Shown piece after piece: positions 1 through 13,648 of a stretch of DNA of 64,000 bases. Positions within the stretch are counted from its first letter, which is position 1. Every line of letters begins with the position of its first letter. Origin of the DNA: Macrostomum lignano. Its lineage: Eukaryota. The position numbers and the translations under genes were made by a program. The notes under the pieces were generated by a model, which was given only the letters and a program-made list of their open reading frames with translations, was not told the DNA's origin and made no database searches. The stretch covers positions 3,331 through 67,330 of the forward strand of contig NIVC01003967.1 in assembly GCA_002269645.1 (NCBI GenBank), given 5' to 3'.

Positions 1-395
1 ACGCTAGTTTAACAAATTCTTTGCCCGAGATTGTAATCCATGCCCCCAAATGCTCGCGGGTTCTTTTTAATTTGTTGAAGAATTTGACCACAAAAAAGAA
101 CTGATTGGATTGGAAACAATAATCTTGGAGATTATCCCTGAATAAAAACTTTGGAGCAATTTATTTGCATTGGAAGACACAGTGTAATTTTTTTTACTGA
201 ACACACCTGTTTATTTAAGAAGTGCAGCATAAAGTTGGCTTTATACAAAATGAACAAATAGAGCTTTTGAGCAACTATAGATTTTCCAAAAAGTGGATTT
301 AGCTAGATCTTGCACAAAACACTGTTGGATTGCACATGATGCATTAGTATGTCAGTAAATTTTACAAAAAATAATACAATTTTTTTGGATACATT

Positions 396-1209
396 TTACA
401 TGAAAACACTATATTGTCTGTGTAGGTCTTACATGAAAACACTATATAGTGTCTGTGTAGGTCTTACATGAAAACACTATATAGTGTCTGTGTAGGTCTT
501 ACATGAAAACACTATATAGTGTCTGTGTAGGTCCTACATGAAAACACTATATAGTGTCTGTGTAGGTCTTACATGAAAACACTATATAGTGTCTGTGTAA
601 GTCTTACATGAAAACACTATATAGTGTCTGTGTAGGTCTTACATGAAAACACTATATAGTGTCTGTGTAGGTCTTACATGAAAACACTATATAGTGTCTG
701 TGTAGGTCTTACATGAAAACACTATATAGTGTCTGTGTAGGTCTTACATGAAAACACTATATAGTGTCTGTGTAGGTCTTACATGAAAACACTATATAGT
801 GTCTGTGTAGGTCTTACATGAAAACACTATATAGTGTCTGTGTAGGTCTTACATGAAAACACTATATAGTGTCTGTGTAGGTCTTACATGAAAACACTAT
901 ATAGTGTCTGTGTAGGTCTTACATGAAAACACTATATAGTGTCTGTGTAGGTCTTACATGAAAACACTATATAGTGTCTGTGTAGGTCTTACATGAAAAC
1001 ACTATATAGTGTCTGTGTAGGTCTTACATGAAAACACTATATAGTGTCTGTGTAGGTCTTACATGAAAACACTATATAGTGTCTGTGTAGGTCTTACATG
1101 AAAACACTATATAGTGTCTGTGTCGGTCTTACATGAAAACACTATATAGTGTCTGTGTAGGTCTTACATGAAAACACTATATAGTGTCTGTGTAGGTCTT
1201 TCATGAAAA
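396..1209. repeat. 35-bp minisatellite (~23 copies) containing the 14-bp palindrome ACACTATATAGTGT
   Basis: Head-to-tail unit TTACATGAAAACACTATATAGTGTCTGTGTAGGTC, nearly invariant, no spacers. Confidence 0.95.
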
Positions 1210-2570
1210 TACTAGACAATGTTCGAAGGTACGTTCGTATTAAGCATTAGTGGCTGCATAGGTTCATACAGGAAACTTCATTATTTCACTATTATGATTT
1301 TCAACTTCAATCTTTTAGTCGATCGAATAGTCTCTAAGCGCCTATCGTGTTACGTCATAGCCTGTATTAGAAATGTGTCAAGCGCGATCAAATATTCCAA
1401 CAGGTCTGTCAAGTCATACATTATGATAATACGCTCGTACTTATTGTAATTTAATTTCCCAGAGTCCAGTGAAAACTGGTCAATAATTTAATAAACAAAT
1501 ATAACGAATATACATTGGCGATTTAGAGGAAGCTAATACAGAGAGAATAAAATGACAGATTAAGCGATTAATACTATCAGCTTTCAGAGGGAAATTAAGT
1601 CTGAGTTGCCAAACTTGCCAATGGAGGCGCTTTTCTCGCACTTCTCTTCCTCGACTTCCCCTGAATTTGCAGGAGAGGAGAGGAGAGGCCTTCTCAGCTG
1701 ACTGCCTGGTTGCAGCTCGGTGCACTGGGCTCGGAGCTGCAGTACTGGGATCGCGTGAGGGGAAAGAGATGTAAAAAAGTTTCATCCTCCTAAAGCGACG
1801 TTCCGTGAAGCCAAGAAGCGCGCGAGAAGCGTTGGCAGTTTTTATTTCACTTTGGCTGCTGCTCAGGGAAGCATCACGACTTGCGTCAGTTTTTCAGACC
1901 CGCAGGTCCGGAACAGTTTAGCAGTTAGCGAGGTGGGCAATCGGAGAAATTGTTGCTTGTAGTTGCACTTTTATCCTCCGTAAATTAGGCTTGAGAAGCG
2001 CCGTTTTTAGTGTTTGAGGCGTCGCTGGTGCTGCGGTGTCGCGCACAGAGATCCGGTGGTGCCGGTGTCCTCAGCGCGGTCCCCCTCCGGAGAGTCCAGG
2101 AGGTGGATGGTCGCTCGCCCGGTAGTCCTCAGGGTAGCGAACGACACTGGTCACCGCCCTGATGTCCCTGCGGTTGAGTCCAAGCAGGGCTCTGCGGAGG
2201 GCGGGGGTTCAAGCCACCACAAAATTGAAGCTGCAGTTTCGTAAGAAAACGATAGTTGATGACTCAAACAGGATCTGAGCAGCTCTTTTTTGAGAGTCTA
2301 AATTGATTAAAAATTAATGCTCAACTCTGTTTGGCTAACAGAGAGCAGCTTCTAAAGAAATCATTTAGCTTTTAATCAAGCTGGACACACAGGACCGAGT
2401 AAGTCACGCTTGGCTCAGTTGGGAAAGCTTTGAACAAAAATTGCAAAAAAAGCAAAAAGTCAAAGGAGACCATTCTTTCCTTTTCCGTTGAAATGTGTTC
2501 TCATGAAATTTTAATCTGCAATGAAGCAAGGCCAGTAAAGTACAGTTAATTTATATTTCACATGGCGAAA

Positions 2571-2910
2571 GTTTCATTGATTCGGCGCCATTTCGTTTGA
2601 TTAGGCGCCATTTCATTTGATTGGGCGCCATTTCATTTGATTAGGCGCCGTTTCATTTGATTAGGCGCCATTTCATTTGATTAGGCGCCATTTCATTTGA
2701 TTAGGCGCCATTTCATTTGATTAGGCGCCATTTCATTTGATTAGGCGCCATTTCATTTGATTAGGCGCCATTCCATTGATTAGACGCAATTTCATTTGAT
2801 TAGGCGCCATTTCATTTGATTAGGCGCCATTTCATTGGATTGGGCGCCATTTCATTCGATTAGGCGCCATTTCATTTGATTGGGCGTCATTTCGTTGGAT
2901 TGGGCGCCAT
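2571..2910. repeat. 20-bp minisatellite (~17 copies) with GGCGCC core
   Basis: Unit TTAGGCGCCATTTCATTTGA repeated with minor variants. Confidence 0.93.
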
Positions 2911-3471
2911 GGACTCTCATTAGCAGTCTTCATAAATTCAGTTGCCAATACATTCGAGTCCATTTTATATATTAAAATCGAATATGAAAAAGCCAGACCA
3001 TGAAGCCATTTTTATTGCGTGTCCCGAATTTTCGGTCGTATCTAGCTATTTCATTGCCAAAAAAATAGCCAGCATAAAAGAACAAGCCGGGTATTTCGGG
3101 AACCGACTGAGAAAATAATGGAAGGAGGAACTGGTGCTTCGGGATTGAACTATCAAATAATGGGATTGATTTAACCCACAGAGAGGATTTCGCGAGTCTC
3201 TGTTGCTCTCATATGTGGCTTGGCACACGCCATCTAGAGTTCCATCTGCTCTGTAAAATTCTTGCTGTTGTCGGGAGCCTTCCACTCAGAGTTGAATCAA
3301 AGCAAGCGCCGACCGACCAGCAACCGTCTCTCGACCGATCCATTAGTTAAATTGAAATTCGTCGGCTTTCGTGAGCATCAACCGCCATCATTCTTTTTTA
3401 CTTCTCTGCTCCTAATTTTACTCCTTATTTTGGTTCCTACATTTCGAAATATGCCGGAAATTTTTTTTTAG

Positions 3472-3925
3472 AGGGATACCAATGTACACGATTCTCTGTC
3501 TGTCAGGGATACCAATGTACACGATTCTCTGTCTGTCAGGGATACCAATGTACACGATTCTCTGTCTGTCAGGGATACCAATGTACACGATTCTCTGTCT
3601 GTCAGGGATACCAATATACGCGACTCTCTGTCTGTCATGGATATTAATGTACACGACTCTCTGTCTGTCAGGGATACCAATGTACACGATTCTCTGTCTG
3701 TCAGGGATACCAATATACGCGACTCTCTGTCTGTCATGGATATTAATGTACACGACTCTCTGTCTGTCAGGGATACCAATATACGCGACTCTCTGTCTGT
3801 CATGGATATTAATGTACACGATTCTCTGTCTGTCAGGGATACCAATGTACACGATTCTCTGTCTGTCAGGGATACCAATGTACACGACTCTCTTTCTCTC
3901 AGGGATGCCAATGTACACGATTTCT
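3472..3925. repeat. 33-bp minisatellite (~13 copies, two alternating variants)
   Basis: Unit AGGGATACCAATGTACACGATTCTCTGTCTGTC; open in several frames, so the ORF track shows spurious 11-aa repeats. Confidence 0.93.
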
Positions 3926-4944
3926 TATCTTTCCAGGGGCTCCAATCTACATCTCTGTCAGCGGAAGAACTCATCGAAAATGTAACTATAAAGGAAATTT
4001 AAAGACACTGTTGCGTCGCATGTTTGCAAAAGCACTTCTAAGGAGTCAATCACTCTCAATGCAGCATAAGACACAGCTACTCGTCATTCTGCATAATTTA
4101 TCACCCCAGCTAACTCCTATCAAGCTCAATGATCTTAAACGCAGTAGAAATCACTCACCAAGCCCCCAGTCAGTTTCAGCGGACCAATGAGGATCCTGGT
4201 AGCTACCGGAGCCCAATTCTATTTGTATTAAATATCCCATCCCCCAAAGCCACTGGGCTGGCCCTAGCCATAAAAATCTAGAGGAAATTGAAGTTATTTC
4301 AGCTGAAAATTTGCTCCGACTAAAACCGTGCATTTCGATTATCTGGATGAGGCAGAATTTTACAAGCAGCAATTCTACTGCTCCTGATGAGTTCGAGATG
4401 AGTAAGTATTTCACTCCCCAAACCTGTAGACAGTCAGCAATAATGAAATCGTATTTGTTTTATTAGGCTCTCGACTCAGAGTGATCTATGAGACCTCGGT
4501 TGAGACTAGCCTGGTATAGGAAGGCATATATTATTTAGCTGCATTAAGTAACGACTTGTTTTTTTCTGCGAGGTGTGCAGTAAACAGTTTTTTATTCCTC
4601 GTTTTCACTGCTGCTCTCACCGCGGCCAGCAAGTGTCAGAGCTGCGACGCGGGGCAGCTTGTAAATCAGCTGGCCAAAAATGCTTTATGTCGCATTTCTA
4701 GTCAGTATGAGTCTGCCTAGCTCGGGGGCCGCTTGCTTGGGAAGGCAGGGAGAGCAAAATGCTCGTCCATTTCTGCGGAGTGCCCGGTTGCAGTGGCGTC
4801 AGTCTCCGATGGGTGGGGGAAATGATGGACTGACCGGCACTGACTCGCTCCCGGGGCTAATGCTGCCCGGATCCGAAAGCTGCTGGGAGGAGTGTCTAAT
4901 GATGAAGGATACCAGAACAATGGGAAAGTAAGAGACTTTAAAAA

Positions 4945-4949
4945 GATAG

Positions 4950-4982
<33 letters not shown>

Positions 4983-4991
4983 TAGGTAGAC

Positions 4992-5085
<94 letters not shown>

Positions 5086-5416
5086 ATAAGTAGATAGATA
5101 GGTAGATAGATAGGTAGATAGATAGGTATATAGATAAGTAGATAGATAGGTAGATAGATAGGTAGATAGATAGATAAGTAGATAGATAGATAAATAGATA
5201 GATAAGTAGATAGATAGATAAGTAGATAGATAGATAAGTAGATAGATAGATAAGTAGATAGATAGGTAGATAGATAGGTAGATAGATAGATAAGTAGATA
5301 GATAGGTAGATAGATAGATAAGTAGATAGATAGATAAGTAGATAGATAGATAAGTAGATAGATAGATAAGTAGATAGATAGATAAGTAGATAGATAAGTA
5401 GATAGATAGGTAGATA
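4945..5416. repeat. Degenerate (GATA)n microsatellite with GATAAGTA/GGTA variants
   Basis: Direct reading. Confidence 0.95.
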
Positions 5417-5991
5417 TGAATAGCCAGTTTGACATGTGGATGATCGGGCAGATAAACAAAGGCACACAGGAGATGGACAGAGTCGACTGCTTCAAAGAGG
5501 GAATCAAATATGAACTCCTGCCGTCATTAGAAAATTCAGAGGCGGATTGTCCGAGGTCGGCAGCTCCATTCACTTTTCCAAATCCCATTCATAGCAGTCA
5601 ATGGGGAGTCCGCTGTCATTGTTGAAAAGATAATTAAGCCTTTCAATGGCAGCTGTCAATCAATGCGGGCCATTTCTTATCGATTTTTTACACAATAAAT
5701 ACCTTTTTTGTGACCACCGCTCCCCGCAGAAGACCTGGAGGCTGAGCTGCGTCAGGTGTTTATTGAGAAGCCAAGCAGTCCTGAGCAGCTCGGAGGCCGC
5801 GCTGAACTTCGTCAACAGAAGAAGATAAAGGCGCCCGTTTCAGGTAAATGCTTGGGCGGAGGTGGCAGCGCATCTGCTCAGCTCTTGTTCACAGCAATCA
5901 TGAGTGCTGCGGAGCATGTACTGGTAAAATGTAGACAGAGAAGCTTCTGACTCTCGCGCCGCGAAACCTGGTGCGATCAGTATACGCACAA

Positions 5992-6557
<566 letters not shown>

Positions 6558-7868
6558 GTGTCAGTCGGTTTCTTATTGGCTGACAGGAGGCCCCAGCAGG
6601 CCAGAAGAAGCCGGCCGAATGCACCGGGAAGGGGAGGGGGCAGCCAAGCCAGATGTTCAGGGAGTGTCGAGGCGCGGCATAATGAGTCGGGCGGCATCCC
6701 CCCTAGCAATATGTATATGAGCATATGAGTATAAATATCCGCGCGGACGAACTCGGGCTTTTATGGCTGGACAAGGCAAAAGTGGAACTTTTTCTTCAAG
6801 CCTCGAAGTTGCATTTGCTGCAGCTCTGATCAAGACCGACCGGAACAGAAGGCGCTTGTCTGTCAGATTTAGAAGAGAGTAAATGGACCAGCTGGGCGAG
6901 TACTCGAGAATGCGGGATGCTCAGAGCGTCTGCGGGGCTGCTAAATCTGGCGCAGCTGCACCGCCATCGGCTGCCCACTCAGCCCAACATCGTGAGCCTC
7001 CCTGAAATGTCCACCAAGTAGCGCCGTATAATAAATAAGCGTAACTCCCTTCATTAGTCCTTTAGCATGCAATACAGGAAGGCAGAATATTAGGCCGGAG
7101 CCATCCATCCAGGTTAATTCGTTTAGTAAATATTTTTAATGCTTCACTCTGTTACACGCGCTAGAATATTGAAGCTGTCTCGGCCATTCGATCATATGGG
7201 GACTTTAAATCCGCTGTTAATTGTGCCTTGCTTCTAACACCGTTTTTTTAACAGGAAATTTAAAATTTCTACCTTCCGTTTTCAATGTTTGGCACCTTTT
7301 TTTGCATTTTGCATTTCGCACTTCAAGAAGACAGATCAGCTCAGATACGGCCGTCATCTTGGACTTTTACCAGACTTATAACTCTATAGTGCATTAGCAC
7401 ATCCCCGTCTGAAGTAAACTCAATCAGTTAATGCAGCGCTTGCTTTAACTTGCCGTAATAAATCAGTTCAGTTATGCTACGCGCTCTCGCTGGTTCTGTA
7501 AATGGCATACTTGAGTCGTTAATAAAAGCATTGCCATTGGGTTTTTGTCAAATTTCAGTAAGTAAATGTATTTCAATAGCAGCGGAACAAGGGAATAACA
7601 ACTGTGATGTATAATGCTGTTAATAACAAAGAAGGCTTTACAGATGCTGTGTCCCAACTTACAATGATTCTAAAGCATTGAAGCATATTGACGCTATTGA
7701 CGCCTAGTGGGTATTTGAACAGGATAAAATACATGTACACGCTTTCAAGATTTCGTATGTACTTTCAGTCAAAATATCAAACACAGTGATAGAATTGCAT
7801 TTGCTGAGCCATGCAATTTAAAAAGTTGCAAGCATCCCGGACACGACCCCCACCCCTCAGGTGGCGGC

Positions 7869-9716
7869 ATGGAGCGGCGCAAGAACGGCGTCATGCTGTT
7901 CTGCGAGTGCAGCTCGATCCGAGGAATGCCAAAGATCGCTCGCTCGTCATCAAAATTTCTACGCAAAATGTGGCTCGCATTTGTCGTTGGAATGAGTCTG
8001 GCGTTAATAGTTTCCGTGTCCTTCTCTGTCCATCGCTATCTCAACTATGACGTCATAGTGCATATTTCCGACAAGCAGAAGTTCAATTCAAAGTTTCCAG
8101 CTATAACGGTGTGCCTGCACCAGCCGTTCTCACGAAGCGCGTTCCCGTTGTGGTCCAACAAATCGGTGATGTCGCCGAGAAGCTACAACCGACTACTGCG
8201 CGATCTCGCGTTGAAAGCGATCAATAGGACTGGCGATTTCTCAGCTATTAGCAACGATAACATGGACCCCATAGAATATGCCCTGTACTACGACTCTGTT
8301 GAGGTTTACTATCAGAACATTCCTTACGAGAGCATCATCAGGCTCAGTCACGCACAGAGCGTTATTCGAAAGTGCATCGTCCGCCAAATGGGCGTTATCT
8401 TCTTCAAAGATCCCTGCGACCTCAGCGAGCACGGCTTCGATATAAAACTTTTTTCGCATCCCAAGCACCTAAACTGCTACACCGTAGAGCCAAGAGAACA
8501 GAAAACCTCTCTAGAAACCTACTCCCTTGGACTGGCTGTTGACCTGGGACCCAAGCCCGACTACGCCAACCATCAGCAGGGCTTTCTAAACGACGTCTTT
8601 GATCAGGCGGCGGGTCTGCGCGTGGTAATCCACGAACCGAACCGCTATCCAGATGTCGAACATCAAGGCATGAACATTGAGGCGGGAAAAATGACTGAAC
8701 TGGCCTACACACCGACTATCTGGAACCGGAGCAACACGCCCGTGAATCCGTGCATCGAGGGCGAGGGTGAGTCCTACATGGATCTAGGTCGGAACTTTGA
8801 CTACTCCCAAAAAGAGTGCATCAAGCTCAACAGGCAGCAACTAGTGATGGAGAACTGCAACTGCATCCTGGGCGTGCCGGGCTACCCCAGGCCCCGAGTG
8901 CCCACCAAGGAGAATGCCTACTGTGCTGCTTTCAGCGAGGCCTTCAACAAAACCTTCAAAGACTTCATAGACCGTGTTAGCTGCGTCGGCGAAATCATGA
9001 GTCGACCTGAGCCGCCTTGCCTATCCCGTTGCGTGCTGTTCGAATACGAAACGAAGATCTCTGTGACCGAGTGGGGCGCCACAGACTGGCAGGTAGACTG
9101 GTCAGGCAGGTACGTGAACGATATTGAAACTCTGGTGAAGCTAATCGAGGCAAGAGAGACAACGCCTGAAGACTCTCGATCACCGGGATGGCGTAAGAAT
9201 TTTGACAACGTCAAGCAGCGTCTACTGCGCTACCTAGAGGAAGACAACCTGACTTCGACTGCTCAGACCAACGATCGCATGTTGGAATCGAAGAGTTTCG
9301 CGTACGTTTTGCTGAAACGAAAGGGCGACAACCTAATTTTAAAGGAGGAGAAGCAGGTGCTGACATTGAATGCCCTGATGTCTCAGATTGGCGGGCTCTG
9401 CTCCCTAACCATCGGCCTCACTTGCGCTGTCGCCGTTGAAATTGTCGAGTTTGTCTATATCTACCTGACGTCAAGGCGAAACGACAGCACTGAGAACTCC
9501 GCTAATGCCACGGCCGCTGCGGCGGTGACAACAGCGGCTGCGACAGCGGAGAGTCAAGCAGCCGCAGCTGCGACATCCATGTCAGCCGATGCCATGCGCC
9601 TTAGGGCCGCTAATTCTGGATCTGACGGGGACGACATGGACGTCGATGCGGACGGCGATGGCAGCGACCAGCTTCCGATGAACTGCCACCGTCGGGCGGA
9701 TGTCTCCCGGCTATGA
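7869..9716 (+). CDS. Intronless DEG/ENaC (amiloride-sensitive, ASIC/FaNaC-like) channel subunit, 615 aa
   Basis: TM1 after CECSSIRGMPKI, post-TM1 FPAITVC motif, GLRVVIH motif, Cys-rich thumb (CIKLNRQQLVMENCNC...CLSRC), TM2 SQIGGLCSLTIGLTCAVAVEIVE; single uninterrupted ORF. Confidence 0.92.
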   Translation: MERRKNGVMLFCECSSIRGMPKIARSSSKFLRKMWLAFVVGMSLALIVSVSFSVHRYLNYDVIVHISDKQKFNSKFPAITVCLHQPFSRSAFPLWSNKSVMSPRSYNRLLRDLALKAINRTGDFSAISNDNMDPIEYALYYDSVEVYYQNIPYESIIRLSHAQSVIRKCIVRQMGVIFFKDPCDLSEHGFDIKLFSHPKHLNCYTVEPREQKTSLETYSLGLAVDLGPKPDYANHQQGFLNDVFDQAAGLRVVIHEPNRYPDVEHQGMNIEAGKMTELAYTPTIWNRSNTPVNPCIEGEGESYMDLGRNFDYSQKECIKLNRQQLVMENCNCILGVPGYPRPRVPTKENAYCAAFSEAFNKTFKDFIDRVSCVGEIMSRPEPPCLSRCVLFEYETKISVTEWGATDWQVDWSGRYVNDIETLVKLIEARETTPEDSRSPGWRKNFDNVKQRLLRYLEEDNLTSTAQTNDRMLESKSFAYVLLKRKGDNLILKEEKQVLTLNALMSQIGGLCSLTIGLTCAVAVEIVEFVYIYLTSRRNDSTENSANATAAAAVTTAAATAESQAAAAATSMSADAMRLRAANSGSDGDDMDVDADGDGSDQLPMNCHRRADVSRL

Positions 9717-11813
9717 CAAGGTACAGGTGGCAAACCAATTATAATTCAACAAATCAAAGCGGTAATTAGAGTGACTGAAACAGTTCTTATCTGTGCCGCA
9801 ATGATAAAGCTCTGAATGACAGGCTGGGCTGAGGACACTGCAGCTTATAAACTGAAGTTTGGTTATAATCAATTTTATTAGTTACAGAAGTTCAGACGGT
9901 CGTAATACTGGCACCGTCATCCCTGTTACTCAGTTATCGTTTTGTCCAATTTCAAATTGAAACTCTGGTTAAAGGGCGTCTCAAAATAACCTTGTCATTG
10001 TACAAAGACACAACGGTAGAGTGGCAGAGTTAAATATTGCTTTTTGCTTCTTCAATAATCTTGCCCGTCAGTGTTGTGGCTCATGGTTAGGATCGGTTTA
10101 AATTTATTTTTGAGACATGCTTTATGAAACAAACTAATTGGCTGAACATTTTCGTGCTTTGAAAAACGTTCTCTACAGTAACTTTGTTACGACTGTAATC
10201 TTTGTTACTGTAGTAACTGTAATACTGTATCTTTGCAGTAATGTTTATTAATGCATTATTGTACGCTTCTTAGTCATGGACATTCATCATGATTTTAATA
10301 CTACGCACGTAAGTAGCCATGCACTTTATTATATACACTTATGAGCTAGCTACTAAAACAACTCCCTAAAACCGCTTTTACAGCGAAAACTAGCGATCAG
10401 TGGAGGCTTATCGATGACAGGCCCTCGCCCTCTAGTTGCCTTGGCCGTAGCGGCGATATGTCGCTAAGCATTAGGGCTGTCGGATCGTTGCAGAGACAAA
10501 ATTGATCCCCACGCCTATGGGCGGCTACTGGCTATCTTCCAACGCGTTTTGACGGTTATAATATATGATTGAAGCGGGGGAGATCGGGCAAACACCGCCA
10601 AGGGCTGCGATTTTGTAATGCACTTTTTTTTTACTTTTGCGTGATCACGCTTCACATTTCTAGTAGAGTAGAAAAACTTTCCCGACCCTCCGAGAGACCT
10701 CGCCCCGATCACCTCCACTCCCCTCTGATGCGTGATTTCCCCCACACCCCGGTCTCTCTGTTCTGCAGGCAAGTTTGTGGGGGGGGGGCTAAAATGCTCG
10801 ATCAGAAAGACCTGTATTGATAGAGATAGATTGCGGTCCGCCGGTCAGTCCCGCTTTTTTATGCCCAGATCGCCAGTTGGAATGCACAGCTAGGAATTAA
10901 TAACTTCAAAACAAGAGCCTCGTTCTCGTTTGTTTCGTTGTGAGCTTTTTGTTTTACTCTTTCTTTTGTCTCGTTCGTCTGGTGGCGGTGGCGCCAGACA
11001 GCTAATTCCAGTTATGGACGACAACGCCTAAAAGCATGCCAGTTTAACAAAAATTGCACGAATCGTGTATCGTCTGCGTCTGCTTGTCAACGACTACGTA
11101 ATGAAAATAGATTACATTTGAATCGATTTATTTCAATTTGTTATACACAGTGAAAGAAATATCCAGCAAAATAAATGCCCGTATTTCTGTCGCTTATACG
11201 CATGTGTCAGTGCCGTTTAAAATATCTTTGCTAAAGACGACCAGTAAATGGTGAATGTTACTCAAAAGTTATTATTGATAGATATTCAATATAATAATGA
11301 CTCGCATGCTTGCTCTATGAAACTAGTTGTATCTACTTTTGATTCCCTATGCAAGAATATGAATAAAAAAGCTTTTCAAAGCACTGCCGCAACTCCAAAG
11401 TTTGGCAAAGTTTTAAAATCATCTATTTGCCTTTAAAATGGATTTGGAATTCAATCTGAGGCACCCATAAGCAGTAACCGTTTTGTCTAACTTTTATAGA
11501 CTTAAATCACATAATTGAATAATGCTACCCTAAGTAGACAAATAGGAATTTTTTAGTTTCAAATTTACAATCAATTATTAAATTTTTGCGATGGATCCTA
11601 CTTATAGTAGAAACTCAGAAGTGGTCTTAAAAGACACGGTAGGAAAAAGTAGGGACGTAGCGTAAAGGTATGATTATAATTGGACGATAAATTGCTCATC
11701 TAAAAAGTAGTAACTAGGAGATGCTAGAGACCAATGGCTGGTAGCTTTTAGGTCATACACATCTAGAGGGCTGGGATAGAGGGCCGTATGATACAGTAGA
11801 GTCCAGTATTCAT

Positions 11814-12504
<691 letters not shown>

Positions 12505-13157
12505 ATGCCTAAGTTTTGCAAGAAAGCTAACCCAAAAACGGCAAAATTCATTTCAGACTTTAACCAATTGATATAACAACAAACAGGTGATTTCTTCAAT
12601 GTACATGGAGGTTCCATAAACGACCATAAAAAGCTGGATAGAAATGCGCATGGTATGAACAGTGCGGTTGCTTAGTACATGTAGGTGATGGGGAGTTTTG
12701 AGTAGAGGGACGGAGAGTGATTTTAAGCAGTGAACCCACGTTGCTAACGAGGTGGGTAAGCAATGTTCCCTCCTCTCCCTCCATCACTAAGGCCTATTAT
12801 TCTTCTTTTTGAGGAAGTTGGAAAATGGAATAGAAGTGTACAGTGGCGGGGGCAGGGTAGGGCAGTTTGTGTATCGCATTCAAAACGTCTTGCAGCTCCG
12901 ACTTCTCGCTTCAGGCAAGCCGCAAGTTCACCTGTTAAAAAAGCAAACGCTTTATTGTTCTGTTTAGCTGACTGCGTCATTATGAAGAGCAGGCAAAATG
13001 GCAGCGACTCCCAACAGTTGATGACAATGTTTCCCCAACGCAGTCAAGGTGCAAACAGTCGCTACCTGGCTCCGCTACCGCCGCCGCCACAGCATCCAAG
13101 AGCATTCGGTAATGCGCCTGCATCCGCATCAGTGCGCTCACATCAGCAGATGAACAG

Positions 13158-13463
13158 AGTAGTATAGAAAAAGACGCTTACAGACCCAGAGCACTTTATT
13201 AATGACCGTTTTAAGGGTCTAGAGGGGGGACACGGGGGGTAAATAAAAAAACACATCTAAACACCATTAATACATCTAATCACCCATAATCACCCCTAAC
13301 AATAAAAATCATTCCCAACACTTCCAAACACTCCCCAACACCCCCTCGCGTCCCCCCTCTTAAGACCTTAAAAACGGCCATTAAAATAAGGTCTGATCTG
13401 TAAGCGTCTTTTTCTATACTACTACTCTATAACCCCTTGCCCGCGCCGCAGGCGCGAAGGGTC
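13158..13463 (+). repeat. Left terminal inverted repeat (306 bp)
   Basis: Reverse complement of 30025-30330 with one mismatch (13198). Confidence 0.97.
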
Positions 13464-13648
13464 GGAAAGAATAGAAGCTATTTATAGTCAGCTCACCTAC
13501 CCACCCAACATTCCATTTAGACCAGATTTTAGACCAAACAAAACTAGACTATCGTTTTGGTTTTCGTTTTCAAAAATTTGGTCTAAAATCTGGTCCAAAT
13601 GGAATGCAGACAATCTTTTTTCTGTTACTAAAAATAGAACAAAAAATG

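Noticed and set aside
396-1209. 35-bp palindromic repeat as a CRISPR array
   Set aside because: Units are contiguous with no unique spacers, no cas genes, eukaryotic context
2040-2215. Possible non-LTR retrotransposon 3' fragment on the minus strand (RALLGLNRRDIRAVTSV)
   Set aside because: Only a weak short resemblance; the expected CCHC motif is not recoverable
3418-4002. Repetitive ORFs on both strands
   Set aside because: Products of a 33-bp stop-free tandem repeat open in several frames
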